IMG/VR virus record: IMGVR_UViG_3300021389_000006
Strand: one strand, 5' to 3'
From: an uncultured virus (IMG/VR IMGVR_UViG_3300021389_000006)
Taxonomy: Duplodnaviria; Heunggongvirae; Uroviricota; Caudoviricetes
DNA length: 63,695 bases
The position numbers were made by a program, and so were the translations under genes. Shown here one piece after another: positions 9,512 through 18,879 of the stretch (positions are counted from its first letter, which is position 1; every line of letters begins with the position of its first letter). The notes below the pieces were generated by a model. The model did not search any database and was not told the origin of the DNA. It was given only the letters and a program-made list of their open reading frames with translations.

Positions 9512-12500
9512 ATGAGTGTTTATATACAAGAGGTCTTAGGCCTATTAAGAAGAAATAAAAAGAAGATTAAGCTAGACAAAATGAGAGATCATTTTGAGTT
9601 TGGTAAGCTTTACAACACCAGTAAATTAAATACTGGTGCATCTTATAATCCTACAATGGAACCTTTTGTAGTAAAATGGGGAGACTTAGTTTGTCAAGCT
9701 ACAGAAAATCTAACAAGAACTCAACCTGGATCAGGTAAGAAAGGAAAAGTTCCTGTTTATACTGACCCAGAAGGAACATGTTCATGGGATACTTTGATGG
9801 ATTCTATAATGACTCAAAACATTATAGGAGATACAATCTCAATTGCAGGTAATCTTTATGTTGATGGTACTATCACAAGTACAGCCTTAACTGATAACCG
9901 TGTAGTAATAGTAGGACCGGGTGGTATACTAGAAGATGATGCTAATTTCACAATGGATGGAGTTACATTTACTGCATTAGTAAACGTACAGCATGGTAGT
10001 TTAACTATGGCTCCAGTACCTCCTACAACTACAACAATTAACTCTAATCTTGCACTCAACGGACCAATAATTGATTCACAAGGAAATGTAGGTCAACTAT
10101 CTCAAGTACTTGTAGGTTTAGGTGACGGAAGAGTAATATGGTCAGATGATGATGTTGTAGAAGCTTTAACTTACGGAAGTCTATGGCAAGGAAATGTAAA
10201 CAATTTAAAACAAGAACTAGCTATTGGAACAGTAGATCAGATTTTAATATCTGATGGTACTACTTTTGCATGGCAAGATAATCCTGCAGCAATTGTAGGT
10301 GAGACTTGTGCTGTATATAGAATTCCTTTATGGACTCCTGACGCAAATACATTAGGTTGTTCATTACTTATTCAAGATGGAAATTCTAGTACTCCTGCTA
10401 CTAAGATTACTAATGATGGTCAGTTAGCACAAACAAAAGAAATATTTTTAGATACTGTAGCACAAGATGATACTCTTACTCAAGTACTTGTAAGAGATCC
10501 TGCTTCAGCTAATGTAGTTAAATGGAGAGATGCTTTAAGTATTGTTCCTGAATTAGGATGGGATGATGTCCCTGTAGCTGGTGGAGTTGCTAACTGGGAT
10601 GTAGTTAAATATAATGGCTACATGGAAGTTAACAGTGCACCTCCTGCTTTTAGAGCTATAAGACCTAATAATATAGTTACTGGTGATGAAGGTTATTTTG
10701 TATTTGTATGTGAAAGACCAGATGTACCAGAAGACTTTTTAAAATTTACTGGTGTAAATGGTGGAACTGCAACACGTGTAAGAACTACTTGGTCAGGAGA
10801 TCAAGTAAACGGTTGTCCATATATTCCATCTACAGCTTCCGGTGGCTTTTGGCAACAAGGAACAGCTGTAAAATTTCATTACATTTTACGTATAGATAGT
10901 GGAGGAAACCAAATTATATGGTGGGATGCATGTTGTGAAATTAAATCATTAAATATATGTCCTGTTTCAACTGACACAAACTTTACTACACAAGAAGACA
11001 CAGCAATTTCTGGTCTTCAGTTACCATCTACAGATGATGGTACAGGTACTCTTACATGGAGTATAGTTACACCACCACCTGCTAGTGATGGAACAGTAAC
11101 TTTAGATCCAGCAACTGGTCAGTATTCATTTACACCAGCTGCTAACTTCTTTGGTACAGGTACATTTACTTGGAAAACCAATGATACTTTCTGTGATAGT
11201 AATATTGCAACTGTTACTTATAATGTAACTTCTGTATGTGATGTACCAAGCTTTAGAACTTATGCTAATCCTTGCGGTCCTGTTTCTACAGCACCTATAT
11301 ATACTGGTGTTGTTGGTGGAACATACTTATATGAAGGTCATTACTGTGATCCAGATAATAACTATACAGATGTAACACTTACAGCAGAGTATTCTACAGA
11401 TGGACAATCAACATGGAATGCTGGACTACCAGCTAACTTTACACTTGTTAAAGATCAAATTGGTGGAGCTCCTGCTCCGTGGAGATTTACATTTGCTTCT
11501 TCTAGTGTACCAGCAGGTATTTTAGCATTTAGACTTACATTAAAAGATACTGATGTAACATGTAAAACAGAGTATATATTTAATGTAACAGCAGCACTTG
11601 ATATATTAAATAAATTTGAACTACAAGTAGATAGTATTGCAACTGTAACTTCTTCCAATTCACGTATACCATATGCAACTAATGATAATATAGGTACAAA
11701 TGGTGCAACAGGTGGTACTTGGCAGGCTCCTGCTTTACCATCAGCAACTGCTTGGTTAGGTAGTGGCTCTAATGGTGGAAATACCGGTGGTTTTGTACCA
11801 CAAGGAAGAATGCTAACTAATATGACTAGTGAACCAAGTAATGCTGCTTCAACAGGTGTAGCAAATAATACTTCTGTATTAAATGTGTCACCAAGTGGTG
11901 GTACATATGGAGGTATAGCAGGAGGTGCTACATTCCAACTTTACTTTGTAAATAAAGGTGGTGTAGCCCTAGTATATGCTTTTGCAGATAATATACCAAA
12001 TGATAATAATTGTGAAGTAGGACAAACAATCATATTTAATGCAGCTACATTAAATGCTACATTCAGTCCTAGTACAAACTTTACGGGTGATTTAGTATAT
12101 ACTATAGCACCAGAAGATAAAAACTTTGCACCTTTAGCTACTAGTGCTATATCACTTGCAACAGGAGTTAATGCAAGTCACGCTTGTAATCAAGGTGCTT
12201 TTAAAATATTTGCATCAATAACAAATTCAGCAGGTGCCGTTGAAACTTATTTAGTTCAAAGAGCATCTACAAGTAATGCACCTAACACGGGAATACATTA
12301 CTTTAGTAACCGTTATTCACTTGATACTGTTATTCCAACTCAAGCTTACATTAATTTTCCAAATGGAGATTCATGGACTAGATCAAGTAATAACAGCTCT
12401 TTAGGACAAAATGGTGCTCCTGGTATTCTTCATGGAGACGATATAGATATGTCTTTCAGAGGTTTTACTAGAAGTATAGCTAATACTATATGGAATTATG

Positions 12501-13132
12501 CACATGCATATAATCCAAGTTCAACACAAGGTGCAGCGGGATCTAACTATTCAACTACAGGTGTTATTAGATTAAATCAAACATTGTTAAATAACATTGC
12601 AGCTAACACTGCTGATGGATTAGTGACGTTTAAGTTAGTAGGAGATGCATGGGTACAAGCTTCATCAACTACTGATGCTATAGCAACTGTAACTTCTGTT
12701 GATGGTACTGGTGCAATTACAGGTATAAACTTAATAAGTGGTGGTAATAGTTATGTCACCTACCAAGGAAGTGCAACTTGTAACTGGAATATTGCCGGAG
12801 GTACTGGAAGTGGTGCACAAGTAAGAGTTACTATGACTGGTACTGGAATTGATGATGTTCAAAGTATAAATGCAATTAATACTGGAGGTAAAAACTATAC
12901 AGCAGGTGATAGTGTAACACTTAGTGCAGCTAATACTTGGGTAGCACAAACACACGGTGATGCATCTTCATTCAGAATGTTTAAAGAAAACGCAGGAGGT
13001 ACTAATCAAGTTGAAATATTTAACGGAGCACCGTGGAATACAAGTGGTACGGGAACTAATACAGCTTTTAGAGCCGGTGATGGTACAGCAGTACAAGTAG
13101 ACATCTTTAATGATACAGTAACAATTATTTAA
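9512..13132 (+). CDS. Large virion fibre/adhesin with Ig-like (Big_9/cadherin-like) domain
   Basis: TTQEDTAISG...YSFTPAANFFGTGTFTW..ND....SNIATVT; shared N-terminal domain; GGxxY repeats near the C-terminus. Confidence 0.8.
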   Translation: MSVYIQEVLGLLRRNKKKIKLDKMRDHFEFGKLYNTSKLNTGASYNPTMEPFVVKWGDLVCQATENLTRTQPGSGKKGKVPVYTDPEGTCSWDTLMDSIMTQNIIGDTISIAGNLYVDGTITSTALTDNRVVIVGPGGILEDDANFTMDGVTFTALVNVQHGSLTMAPVPPTTTTINSNLALNGPIIDSQGNVGQLSQVLVGLGDGRVIWSDDDVVEALTYGSLWQGNVNNLKQELAIGTVDQILISDGTTFAWQDNPAAIVGETCAVYRIPLWTPDANTLGCSLLIQDGNSSTPATKITNDGQLAQTKEIFLDTVAQDDTLTQVLVRDPASANVVKWRDALSIVPELGWDDVPVAGGVANWDVVKYNGYMEVNSAPPAFRAIRPNNIVTGDEGYFVFVCERPDVPEDFLKFTGVNGGTATRVRTTWSGDQVNGCPYIPSTASGGFWQQGTAVKFHYILRIDSGGNQIIWWDACCEIKSLNICPVSTDTNFTTQEDTAISGLQLPSTDDGTGTLTWSIVTPPPASDGTVTLDPATGQYSFTPAANFFGTGTFTWKTNDTFCDSNIATVTYNVTSVCDVPSFRTYANPCGPVSTAPIYTGVVGGTYLYEGHYCDPDNNYTDVTLTAEYSTDGQSTWNAGLPANFTLVKDQIGGAPAPWRFTFASSSVPAGILAFRLTLKDTDVTCKTEYIFNVTAALDILNKFELQVDSIATVTSSNSRIPYATNDNIGTNGATGGTWQAPALPSATAWLGSGSNGGNTGGFVPQGRMLTNMTSEPSNAASTGVANNTSVLNVSPSGGTYGGIAGGATFQLYFVNKGGVALVYAFADNIPNDNNCEVGQTIIFNAATLNATFSPSTNFTGDLVYTIAPEDKNFAPLATSAISLATGVNASHACNQGAFKIFASITNSAGAVETYLVQRASTSNAPNTGIHYFSNRYSLDTVIPTQAYINFPNGDSWTRSSNNSSLGQNGAPGILHGDDIDMSFRGFTRSIANTIWNYAHAYNPSSTQGAAGSNYSTTGVIRLNQTLLNNIAANTADGLVTFKLVGDAWVQASSTTDAIATVTSVDGTGAITGINLISGGNSYVTYQGSATCNWNIAGGTGSGAQVRVTMTGTGIDDVQSINAINTGGKNYTAGDSVTLSAANTWVAQTHGDASSFRMFKENAGGTNQVEIFNGAPWNTSGTGTNTAFRAGDGTAVQVDIFNDTVTII

Positions 13133-13150
13133 TAAATTAAAAATAAAAAA

Positions 13151-13570
13151 ATGGGAGTAAATTATAATACATTTGAATCATCTAGCATTAATGCAGAGTA
13201 TCCAAAAGATATGGCAATGCCAAACCAATATGGTTTTGGTGGGTTAGAAGCACATGCAGTTATTTCAACTGCTACTACAAATCTAGGCTTTATAAAACAA
13301 GGATCTGGCTCAGTCTATGGAATTAATTTACATAATAAAGCTTCAGCACCTGCTTATCTAAGAATATTTGACAAAGCTTCAGCTCCAGTAGATGCTGACA
13401 CACCTTTAGTAACATTAACAATACCCGCAGTAGGTTCCCTAGCTATGGAGTTACCTATTGGACTAAGGTTTAAACTTGGTCTAGGTTTTAATATTACAGC
13501 TGCTGCAACAAATGGAAATGCTACTGCAATAGTAGCAGAAGATGTTGTTGGGTGTATATTGTGGAAGTAA
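13151..13570 (+). CDS. Putative small jelly-roll structural/decoration protein
   Basis: Beta-rich; G.VYGINLHN...YLRIFD...GLRFKLGL pattern. Confidence 0.55.
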   Translation: MGVNYNTFESSSINAEYPKDMAMPNQYGFGGLEAHAVISTATTNLGFIKQGSGSVYGINLHNKASAPAYLRIFDKASAPVDADTPLVTLTIPAVGSLAMELPIGLRFKLGLGFNITAAATNGNATAIVAEDVVGCILWK

Positions 13571-13573
13571 TAA

Positions 13574-13888
13574 ATGACAAAAAAAACTTATAGACCTCTG
13601 CCAGAGTATCTATCTATAGGTCCTTCTGACATACATGGTGCGGGTATCTTTGCTAAAGAAGATATTCCTGCAGGTATTGAAATTGGTATTACCCATGTTT
13701 ACGATCCAGACTTTGAAGATGATCACATTAGGACACCACTGGGTGGATTCATCAACCACAGTGATAGACCTAATTGTGAAATAAAAGGGGATGAGACAGA
13801 TATAACTAGAAAACTTTTTACTCTACATAAAATAGAACAAGGTAAAGAACTAACAGCTAAGTACAATTGGTATGACCCTATTAGTTAA
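13574..13888 (+). CDS. Minimal SET-domain lysine methyltransferase
   Basis: SDIHGAGIFAKEDIPAG, GFINHSDRPNC and IEQGKELTAKY: the three SET signature motifs. Confidence 0.9.
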   Translation: MTKKTYRPLPEYLSIGPSDIHGAGIFAKEDIPAGIEIGITHVYDPDFEDDHIRTPLGGFINHSDRPNCEIKGDETDITRKLFTLHKIEQGKELTAKYNWYDPIS

Positions 13889-14066
13889 GGTCTTCACTTT
13901 GATGAATTCCCAATAAAGATATTTCTGTTACTAAACCATCCTGCCTTCCATATCTTTTTGCTTGTGATGTGTTATCAGCCATAACAATCATCCATTTTAT
14001 ATGTGAAGAAGGATCAGGTCCCATTAGTTTATCCCAAGGTATATACCAGATATTATACTTTTTCAT
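13881..14066 (-). CDS. Hypothetical protein
   Basis: Last ORF of the minus arm; overlaps the upstream stop. Confidence 0.6.
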   Translation of the reverse strand: MKKYNIWYIPWDKLMGPDPSSHIKWMIVMADNTSQAKRYGRQDGLVTEISLLGIHQSEDLN

Positions 14067-14478
14067 CTCTTATATAGGCTGATTCAGTTCCACTTATAAT
14101 ATCTATAGGTAATTGTTCAATAGAAGTTATCTGATCTTTTACATCACGATTTCTATTGTACTGTTCTACGGCCTCTATAAGTTTTGTCTTACTAGATTCC
14201 ATAGCTTCTAGTTCTTTTTCTAGACACGCAAGGGCACGCCATGCCACCTTTGCAGTATGACGAATTCCATCATCATCTATAGTTCCAGCATCTATTAGAT
14301 GTCTAGCTAATGCATCAAAGTCATCTGTTGACTTTTCACGATCCCAGTGTAATGGTTTATCTGGATGGTGTTGTTTATTTCCGGCTAGAGATACTCTAGC
14401 AATTTCCATAAGTGCTTTTGGAAAGTATTTTATAACGCCAGTAAAGACGGGTCTTGCTTTTCTTTCTTCTTTGTTCAT
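14053..14478 (-). CDS. dATP/dGTP diphosphohydrolase-domain protein (DUF5664-like)
   Basis: FPKALMEIARVS..GN.QH...HW....S....DALARH...D.DGIRHTAKVAWRALA. Confidence 0.8.
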   Translation of the reverse strand: MNKEERKARPVFTGVIKYFPKALMEIARVSLAGNKQHHPDKPLHWDREKSTDDFDALARHLIDAGTIDDDGIRHTAKVAWRALACLEKELEAMESSKTKLIEAVEQYNRNRDVKDQITSIEQLPIDIISGTESAYIRDEKV

Positions 14479-14481
14479 GTG

Positions 14482-14700
14482 TTACTCTTTTTTAGAGGGA
14501 GGAAATTCATAATTTTTTTTATTTAGTTTGTAATCTATAACAAATCCTATCCCTACAATAACATGCAGGCCTATACTACTTAGTATTTCATACAGGTCCT
14601 GATAGTTATGTATTGATAAATGGATATGTCCAACTATCCAAAAAGGAATTGCTAGTTGTTGACTAATCCATACAATTGTAAATGTTATAAACTTCTTCAT
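14482..14700 (-). CDS. Small membrane protein
   Basis: Two hydrophobic segments; WISQQLAIPFWIVGHIHLS. Confidence 0.7.
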   Translation of the reverse strand: MKKFITFTIVWISQQLAIPFWIVGHIHLSIHNYQDLYEILSSIGLHVIVGIGFVIDYKLNKKNYEFPPSKKE

Positions 14701-14703
14701 ATT

Positions 14704-14790
14704 AAAGGAAGGGAGCCAGTGCCAAAGAATGCAAAAACTCTGACACCGGTTGGTTTATTCTCCCAGTTATTTACCTATATCTGCTTTACT
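14704..14790 (-). ncRNA. Candidate structured small RNA or 5' leader
   Basis: 12-bp stem with 3 G-U pairs plus GGGAG/CTCCC closing stem, downstream of TATCTTTG (14792-14799). Confidence 0.4.
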
Positions 14791-14840
14791 ACAAAGATAG
14801 AAACATAAAACGGCTACTACAAAATATAAAATTATATTTG

Positions 14841-15731
14841 TCATCTGCCCATGTAAACATCTTGTACTAATCTAGCATGTGTTACATCTTCATCAATTTC
14901 AATTGCAAAATCTGTATCAGACATAGAAATACCTAACTCAGTATTATCAGTGTTTAATTCAAAAGAATTTGGATCTAATGAATTAGCATTGACACATTCT
15001 ACCATCATAAAATCATGGAAGTTCTGTTGGTCCTGCAGCCAATCTCTAGGATGTGCTTTCTTTAATGCATGCGTAACATGATTATAAAAGGCCCACGCAG
15101 ACTTATTTGAATCTACACTGTAATCATATGAAGGCTTATTAAGTTCTGCCTTAACACACGTCATTTGTTGTGAGTCAAGCATATCTTCTTCTACAAACAA
15201 TCTTCCAATTAACTCAGCTTGACTGCATAATGATAAGTCAGTGTTTCTAAGCATTTCTTTATCATCTAAGATACGCTTATAATACTTTTCACCATTCTTA
15301 ATTTGATCCGCCATATGTACTTTAACATCATAGTCAGCTGATCCTGTATGCTTTCTTTTAAAATTCATCATGTCCCCGGCTACCATGCCGTTGTAACATA
15401 CCATAACATATGCACCAATAGCACATTGAAATCTTGTGCTTTTGTCATATGAGTTTGTCCAGGCAAACATCATCCCTAACTCTGTCTCATTCTTGATTTG
15501 TTCATCATTAGTTTGACTTGGGTAGATATGATATATGCCTTGTGCTACATTGGCATTCATGTTTGCTCTATATATTTCTTTTTGAATTGTAAATCCACTA
15601 CTAGCTAATAGCTGTAATGTATTGTCTATCACAGACTTGTGTGATACTACTGTATAACTCTTACCGTGATTGGGTAAGGGTACATTTTCTAAATAGGACC
15701 TTGTGGTCTCTTTTGGTTTTGTATATCCCAT
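14841..15731 (-). CDS. DUF932/DUF945-like protein
   Basis: SYTVVSH, WTNSYDKS, VCYNGM, RKHTG, SAWAFYNHVT motifs. Confidence 0.7.
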   Translation of the reverse strand: MGYTKPKETTRSYLENVPLPNHGKSYTVVSHKSVIDNTLQLLASSGFTIQKEIYRANMNANVAQGIYHIYPSQTNDEQIKNETELGMMFAWTNSYDKSTRFQCAIGAYVMVCYNGMVAGDMMNFKRKHTGSADYDVKVHMADQIKNGEKYYKRILDDKEMLRNTDLSLCSQAELIGRLFVEEDMLDSQQMTCVKAELNKPSYDYSVDSNKSAWAFYNHVTHALKKAHPRDWLQDQQNFHDFMMVECVNANSLDPNSFELNTDNTELGISMSDTDFAIEIDEDVTHARLVQDVYMGR

Positions 15732-15782
15732 ATTTGTAAACTTTTAAAGTGTAAAGATAGTAAATTAATTTGACTCAGCAAA

Positions 15783-16616
15783 TTAAAATATATATCTAAT
15801 TGTATTTAACGGAAAATATATAGAGTATATTTCCTTGAACTCTCTTAATAAACGTGTCTTATGTATGAGTGGATACCTCATCACACCAGATTTGTTCTTT
15901 AATTCATAGGACCGTCTCATTAGCTCTTGTGCTTTTGGAGAAGCTTTAGCCATTTGATTCCTATGATTGGTTAATGCTATTACCTCACACTTATTTATGC
16001 CTGCATATGCATTTACTTCAGAGAATAAATCATTATACTCTTCTTTCCAACCCGGATAGAATACTAAAGGACTATAGTTAAGATGAACTTCCCATCCTAA
16101 CTTCTTAAGCCTATTAACATCTAGTATACGGCTCTCTATAGCCTGCATCTTGGGTTCTAATATACTAGAATACTTCTGAGGCATAAGACTTACACGGACT
16201 CTTGGTGGTTTATTAAAGTGATTTACATCTAACTTCAATAAGCCCGGATACTTTGTAGCCATAGTACTGTTTAACTGTGGATGATCATCATATCTCTTAA
16301 GATAATCTATCAAAGGTTCTGGCATATGTTTTTGCATAAGAACTAAATCTGAGTTACATGCAACATCTACCATAGTATATATAGGGTCCTGCTGATCTGG
16401 TTCCTTATTAAAGGATTTCTCCCATTCAACAACAGACTGAAATATTTCATCAACGTTTTGATTAACAAAAACTCTTTTACCATTATACCTAGCCATATAA
16501 CAATAGGTGTTTACACAGCCACCAAAGCATCCGTAGATTATATTGGGAGCTATGCAATTAGCACTATTGTTATTGGGTTTGGTAATTAAAGTCTTTGTCT
16601 TTTGTTTTTTAATCAT
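15783..16616 (-). CDS. splB: Spore photoproduct lyase-family radical SAM protein
   Basis: IAPN..YGCFGGC...YCY, V.CNSD, ATKY, RVRVSLMPQ, LEP....IESRI, GWEVHLNYSP, MRY. Confidence 0.8.
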   Translation of the reverse strand: MIKKQKTKTLITKPNNNSANCIAPNIIYGCFGGCVNTYCYMARYNGKRVFVNQNVDEIFQSVVEWEKSFNKEPDQQDPIYTMVDVACNSDLVLMQKHMPEPLIDYLKRYDDHPQLNSTMATKYPGLLKLDVNHFNKPPRVRVSLMPQKYSSILEPKMQAIESRILDVNRLKKLGWEVHLNYSPLVFYPGWKEEYNDLFSEVNAYAGINKCEVIALTNHRNQMAKASPKAQELMRRSYELKNKSGVMRYPLIHKTRLLREFKEIYSIYFPLNTIRYIF

Positions 16617-16643
16617 ATTAACTAGGCCATATTACTACAAGCA

Positions 16644-18635
16644 TCAGAATAATTTTAACTGGTTAGATGATACTGCAAGTATAGAATTAATCTCTGACTC
16701 AATTGCATTCATATAATATATTTTATTTATGTTATAGTTTTCCCATTTAGGTTCAACTTCCATTTTATTATATACAGTCTGCAACCAGCGGCCAGATTCT
16801 AATTGTATCTCTCTGTTATCATTTTTATTTACTTTAATGATCTTTACTCCTTCTTTAGAGATATAATATCTATTAATTTTTTGTAGCTCAACTTCACTCA
16901 GCTCACCACTCTCTATACTTCTAGCAACCTGCTTCCAATTACCTTTAGATTTACCACCTATACAGTAATCAAGAATGTTCTTATTCTGATCTAAATAGTC
17001 TTCAGGTAGTACATCATTAACAAAGTATTGATATATTGCTTTAGGTATAACTAACTTGGATTTATTCTTATGTAGCTGCAGATCATGAAAGTCAAAACGT
17101 CCCTTTAATTTAACAGGAGCAAAGCTAAACTTATCATTCTCTACCTTAAATAGGTAATGAGGCTGACTCTTCTTAACTTCTCTAAACTTTGTGATGTCTA
17201 CATTGATAAATTCATTAACACCAATATAATTATTGACATCCGCTAGCACAAGCTTTTGATATGTATCATGTTCTAAATTAAGATTAGTCTTTTCTTCCCA
17301 CTCTTTGCAGATTTCCATATAAGTATCCATATACTCCCTAGGGATTATAGTTTCTACACCATCTGTATTCTGTAATAGTGCTACAGCACCGGGGATTCTT
17401 TCCATTATCTGTTCATACAACATCATCAACGTTAGCTGACCATTAATTGTAATACGCATACATAACTCTGGATCATAAAAGAAACTCTTTTCATCATTAC
17501 TAAGGCCAAAGGTACTATTAAGTATAATCTTATAAACATAGTTCATAGGATTACTCTTTGGTATCTTCTTTCTTTCATCAAAGAACCATTCATATTGATT
17601 ACAGAACTCTTCTTTTGGAAAGTGACCTGGAGACCACTGATTCTTTATAGCAAGATTAGGATAAAAACTAGTAACATCTGATGACATTATAACCATATCA
17701 TCTGTGCTTTCATAAACTCCTTTGCTAGCAGCACCGTGTACACCACCTAAACCAAAGTGTGTCTTTACACCCTTATAACTAAGGTTGTATTTAAAACTAC
17801 CCTTAAGATTAGCAGCATTAACTTCAAGTGATTTAAATCTTTCAAGCAGCATTTTAAACTCTGGAGATGTGAAAGATACATAAGGTAATATAATATCCTT
17901 TATCTTAATTATATCTCTATAAGTTCTCATACTTCTAAGATCTCTTTTAGGAATGTTTAATTTCTGCATCAAGTAATAACCAAATAGTTCTTTGCTTATT
18001 CTTGGTTCAGATGCACTAAACAAATTTATTCCATATGTTTTAGTAAGAGTTTTTCTTAGGCCAATCTGTGACTTAGATCTGTTCATTATCTCTTTAGTAG
18101 ACTTAACATCATTGATACAATATTCTATAATAGTATCTATTTCTTCTTGAGTTTTGATGTTAGTGTCATGATGAATAGGCATATCAAGAATGTTCTGCCA
18201 ATCCATACTATATTGAATCCACTTGAGACTAGAACGTTTAGCAGGATTATCCCAATGATGTAACTTAAATAAATCAATCTGCATTATCTGCATCTTCCAC
18301 GGTGCATACTCTGCAAACTGTTTATTGTTTGATGCTTCAATAGTTTTCTGTGCATACTGGTAAATGATCTCTGCAACTTCACAGCCTCCTAGGTCTGACC
18401 ACATAAAGTGATTATCTAATATATAGTGAGTGACTTGTGAATCAAAAGCTAATCCATTATAGGATATATGCCACTCTTTGTTTTGTATGTTATCTTCTAG
18501 GAACTGTACAAGCTTCTCTAAATCATTTTGTAAATCATGTATAACAAAAATTTTGTCTTCTTGACTTTTGTAATGTTCAAACACGCCTACAAAACAATTA
18601 GATAAGGTCTCATAATCCATTACCCAATGCCTCAT
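16644..18635 (-). CDS. polB: DNA polymerase family B (crAss-type)
   Basis: Exonuclease motifs DYE, YNGLAFD, YCIND; polymerase motifs DVTSFYPN, KIILNSTFG, NTDG, DVNNY. Confidence 0.95.
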   Translation of the reverse strand: MRHWVMDYETLSNCFVGVFEHYKSQEDKIFVIHDLQNDLEKLVQFLEDNIQNKEWHISYNGLAFDSQVTHYILDNHFMWSDLGGCEVAEIIYQYAQKTIEASNNKQFAEYAPWKMQIMQIDLFKLHHWDNPAKRSSLKWIQYSMDWQNILDMPIHHDTNIKTQEEIDTIIEYCINDVKSTKEIMNRSKSQIGLRKTLTKTYGINLFSASEPRISKELFGYYLMQKLNIPKRDLRSMRTYRDIIKIKDIILPYVSFTSPEFKMLLERFKSLEVNAANLKGSFKYNLSYKGVKTHFGLGGVHGAASKGVYESTDDMVIMSSDVTSFYPNLAIKNQWSPGHFPKEEFCNQYEWFFDERKKIPKSNPMNYVYKIILNSTFGLSNDEKSFFYDPELCMRITINGQLTLMMLYEQIMERIPGAVALLQNTDGVETIIPREYMDTYMEICKEWEEKTNLNLEHDTYQKLVLADVNNYIGVNEFINVDITKFREVKKSQPHYLFKVENDKFSFAPVKLKGRFDFHDLQLHKNKSKLVIPKAIYQYFVNDVLPEDYLDQNKNILDYCIGGKSKGNWKQVARSIESGELSEVELQKINRYYISKEGVKIIKVNKNDNREIQLESGRWLQTVYNKMEVEPKWENYNINKIYYMNAIESEINSILAVSSNQLKLF

Positions 18636-18766
18636 TTCTTATTGTTTTTTAAATATGTATATAAAGTTCTACTTGTGATACCTAGGGCCTTAGCAGCCTC
18701 CTCTATTGTCTTGAATCTTTTTAAAGCAATATTAATATGCTTTTCTCTCATTTCTTTTATTGTCAT
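18632..18766 (-). CDS. Small Fis/TyrR-type HTH protein (44 aa)
   Basis: Manual translation MTIKEMREKHINIALKRFKTIEEAAKALGITSRTLYTYLKNNKK; ATGA overlap with polB. Confidence 0.75.
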   Translation of the reverse strand: MTIKEMREKHINIALKRFKTIEEAAKALGITSRTLYTYLKNNKK

Positions 18767-18784
18767 ATATTTTTTATTAGAGCC

Positions 18785-18817
18785 AAAAAAAGCCTAAATC
18801 AATAGGCTTTTCTTTTT
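18785..18817. terminator. Bidirectional terminator-like hairpin
   Basis: AAAAGCCTA/TAGGCTTTT stem flanked by A and T runs. Confidence 0.6.
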
Positions 18818-18879
18818 AAATCAGCAAGTAAACATTTAATATTAAATGGATGTCTCTTAGGCACCCCTTTAGATTAGAC

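Noticed and set aside
5283..13132. Diversity-generating retroelement acting on fibres
   Set aside because: No reverse transcriptase and no near-identical TR/VR pair with adenine-specific mismatches seen; repeats are protein-level.
14053..18635. Diaminopurine (Z) or deazaguanine genome system
   Set aside because: Only the diphosphohydrolase is present; no PurZ, DatZ, Que or DpdA genes recognised in the window.
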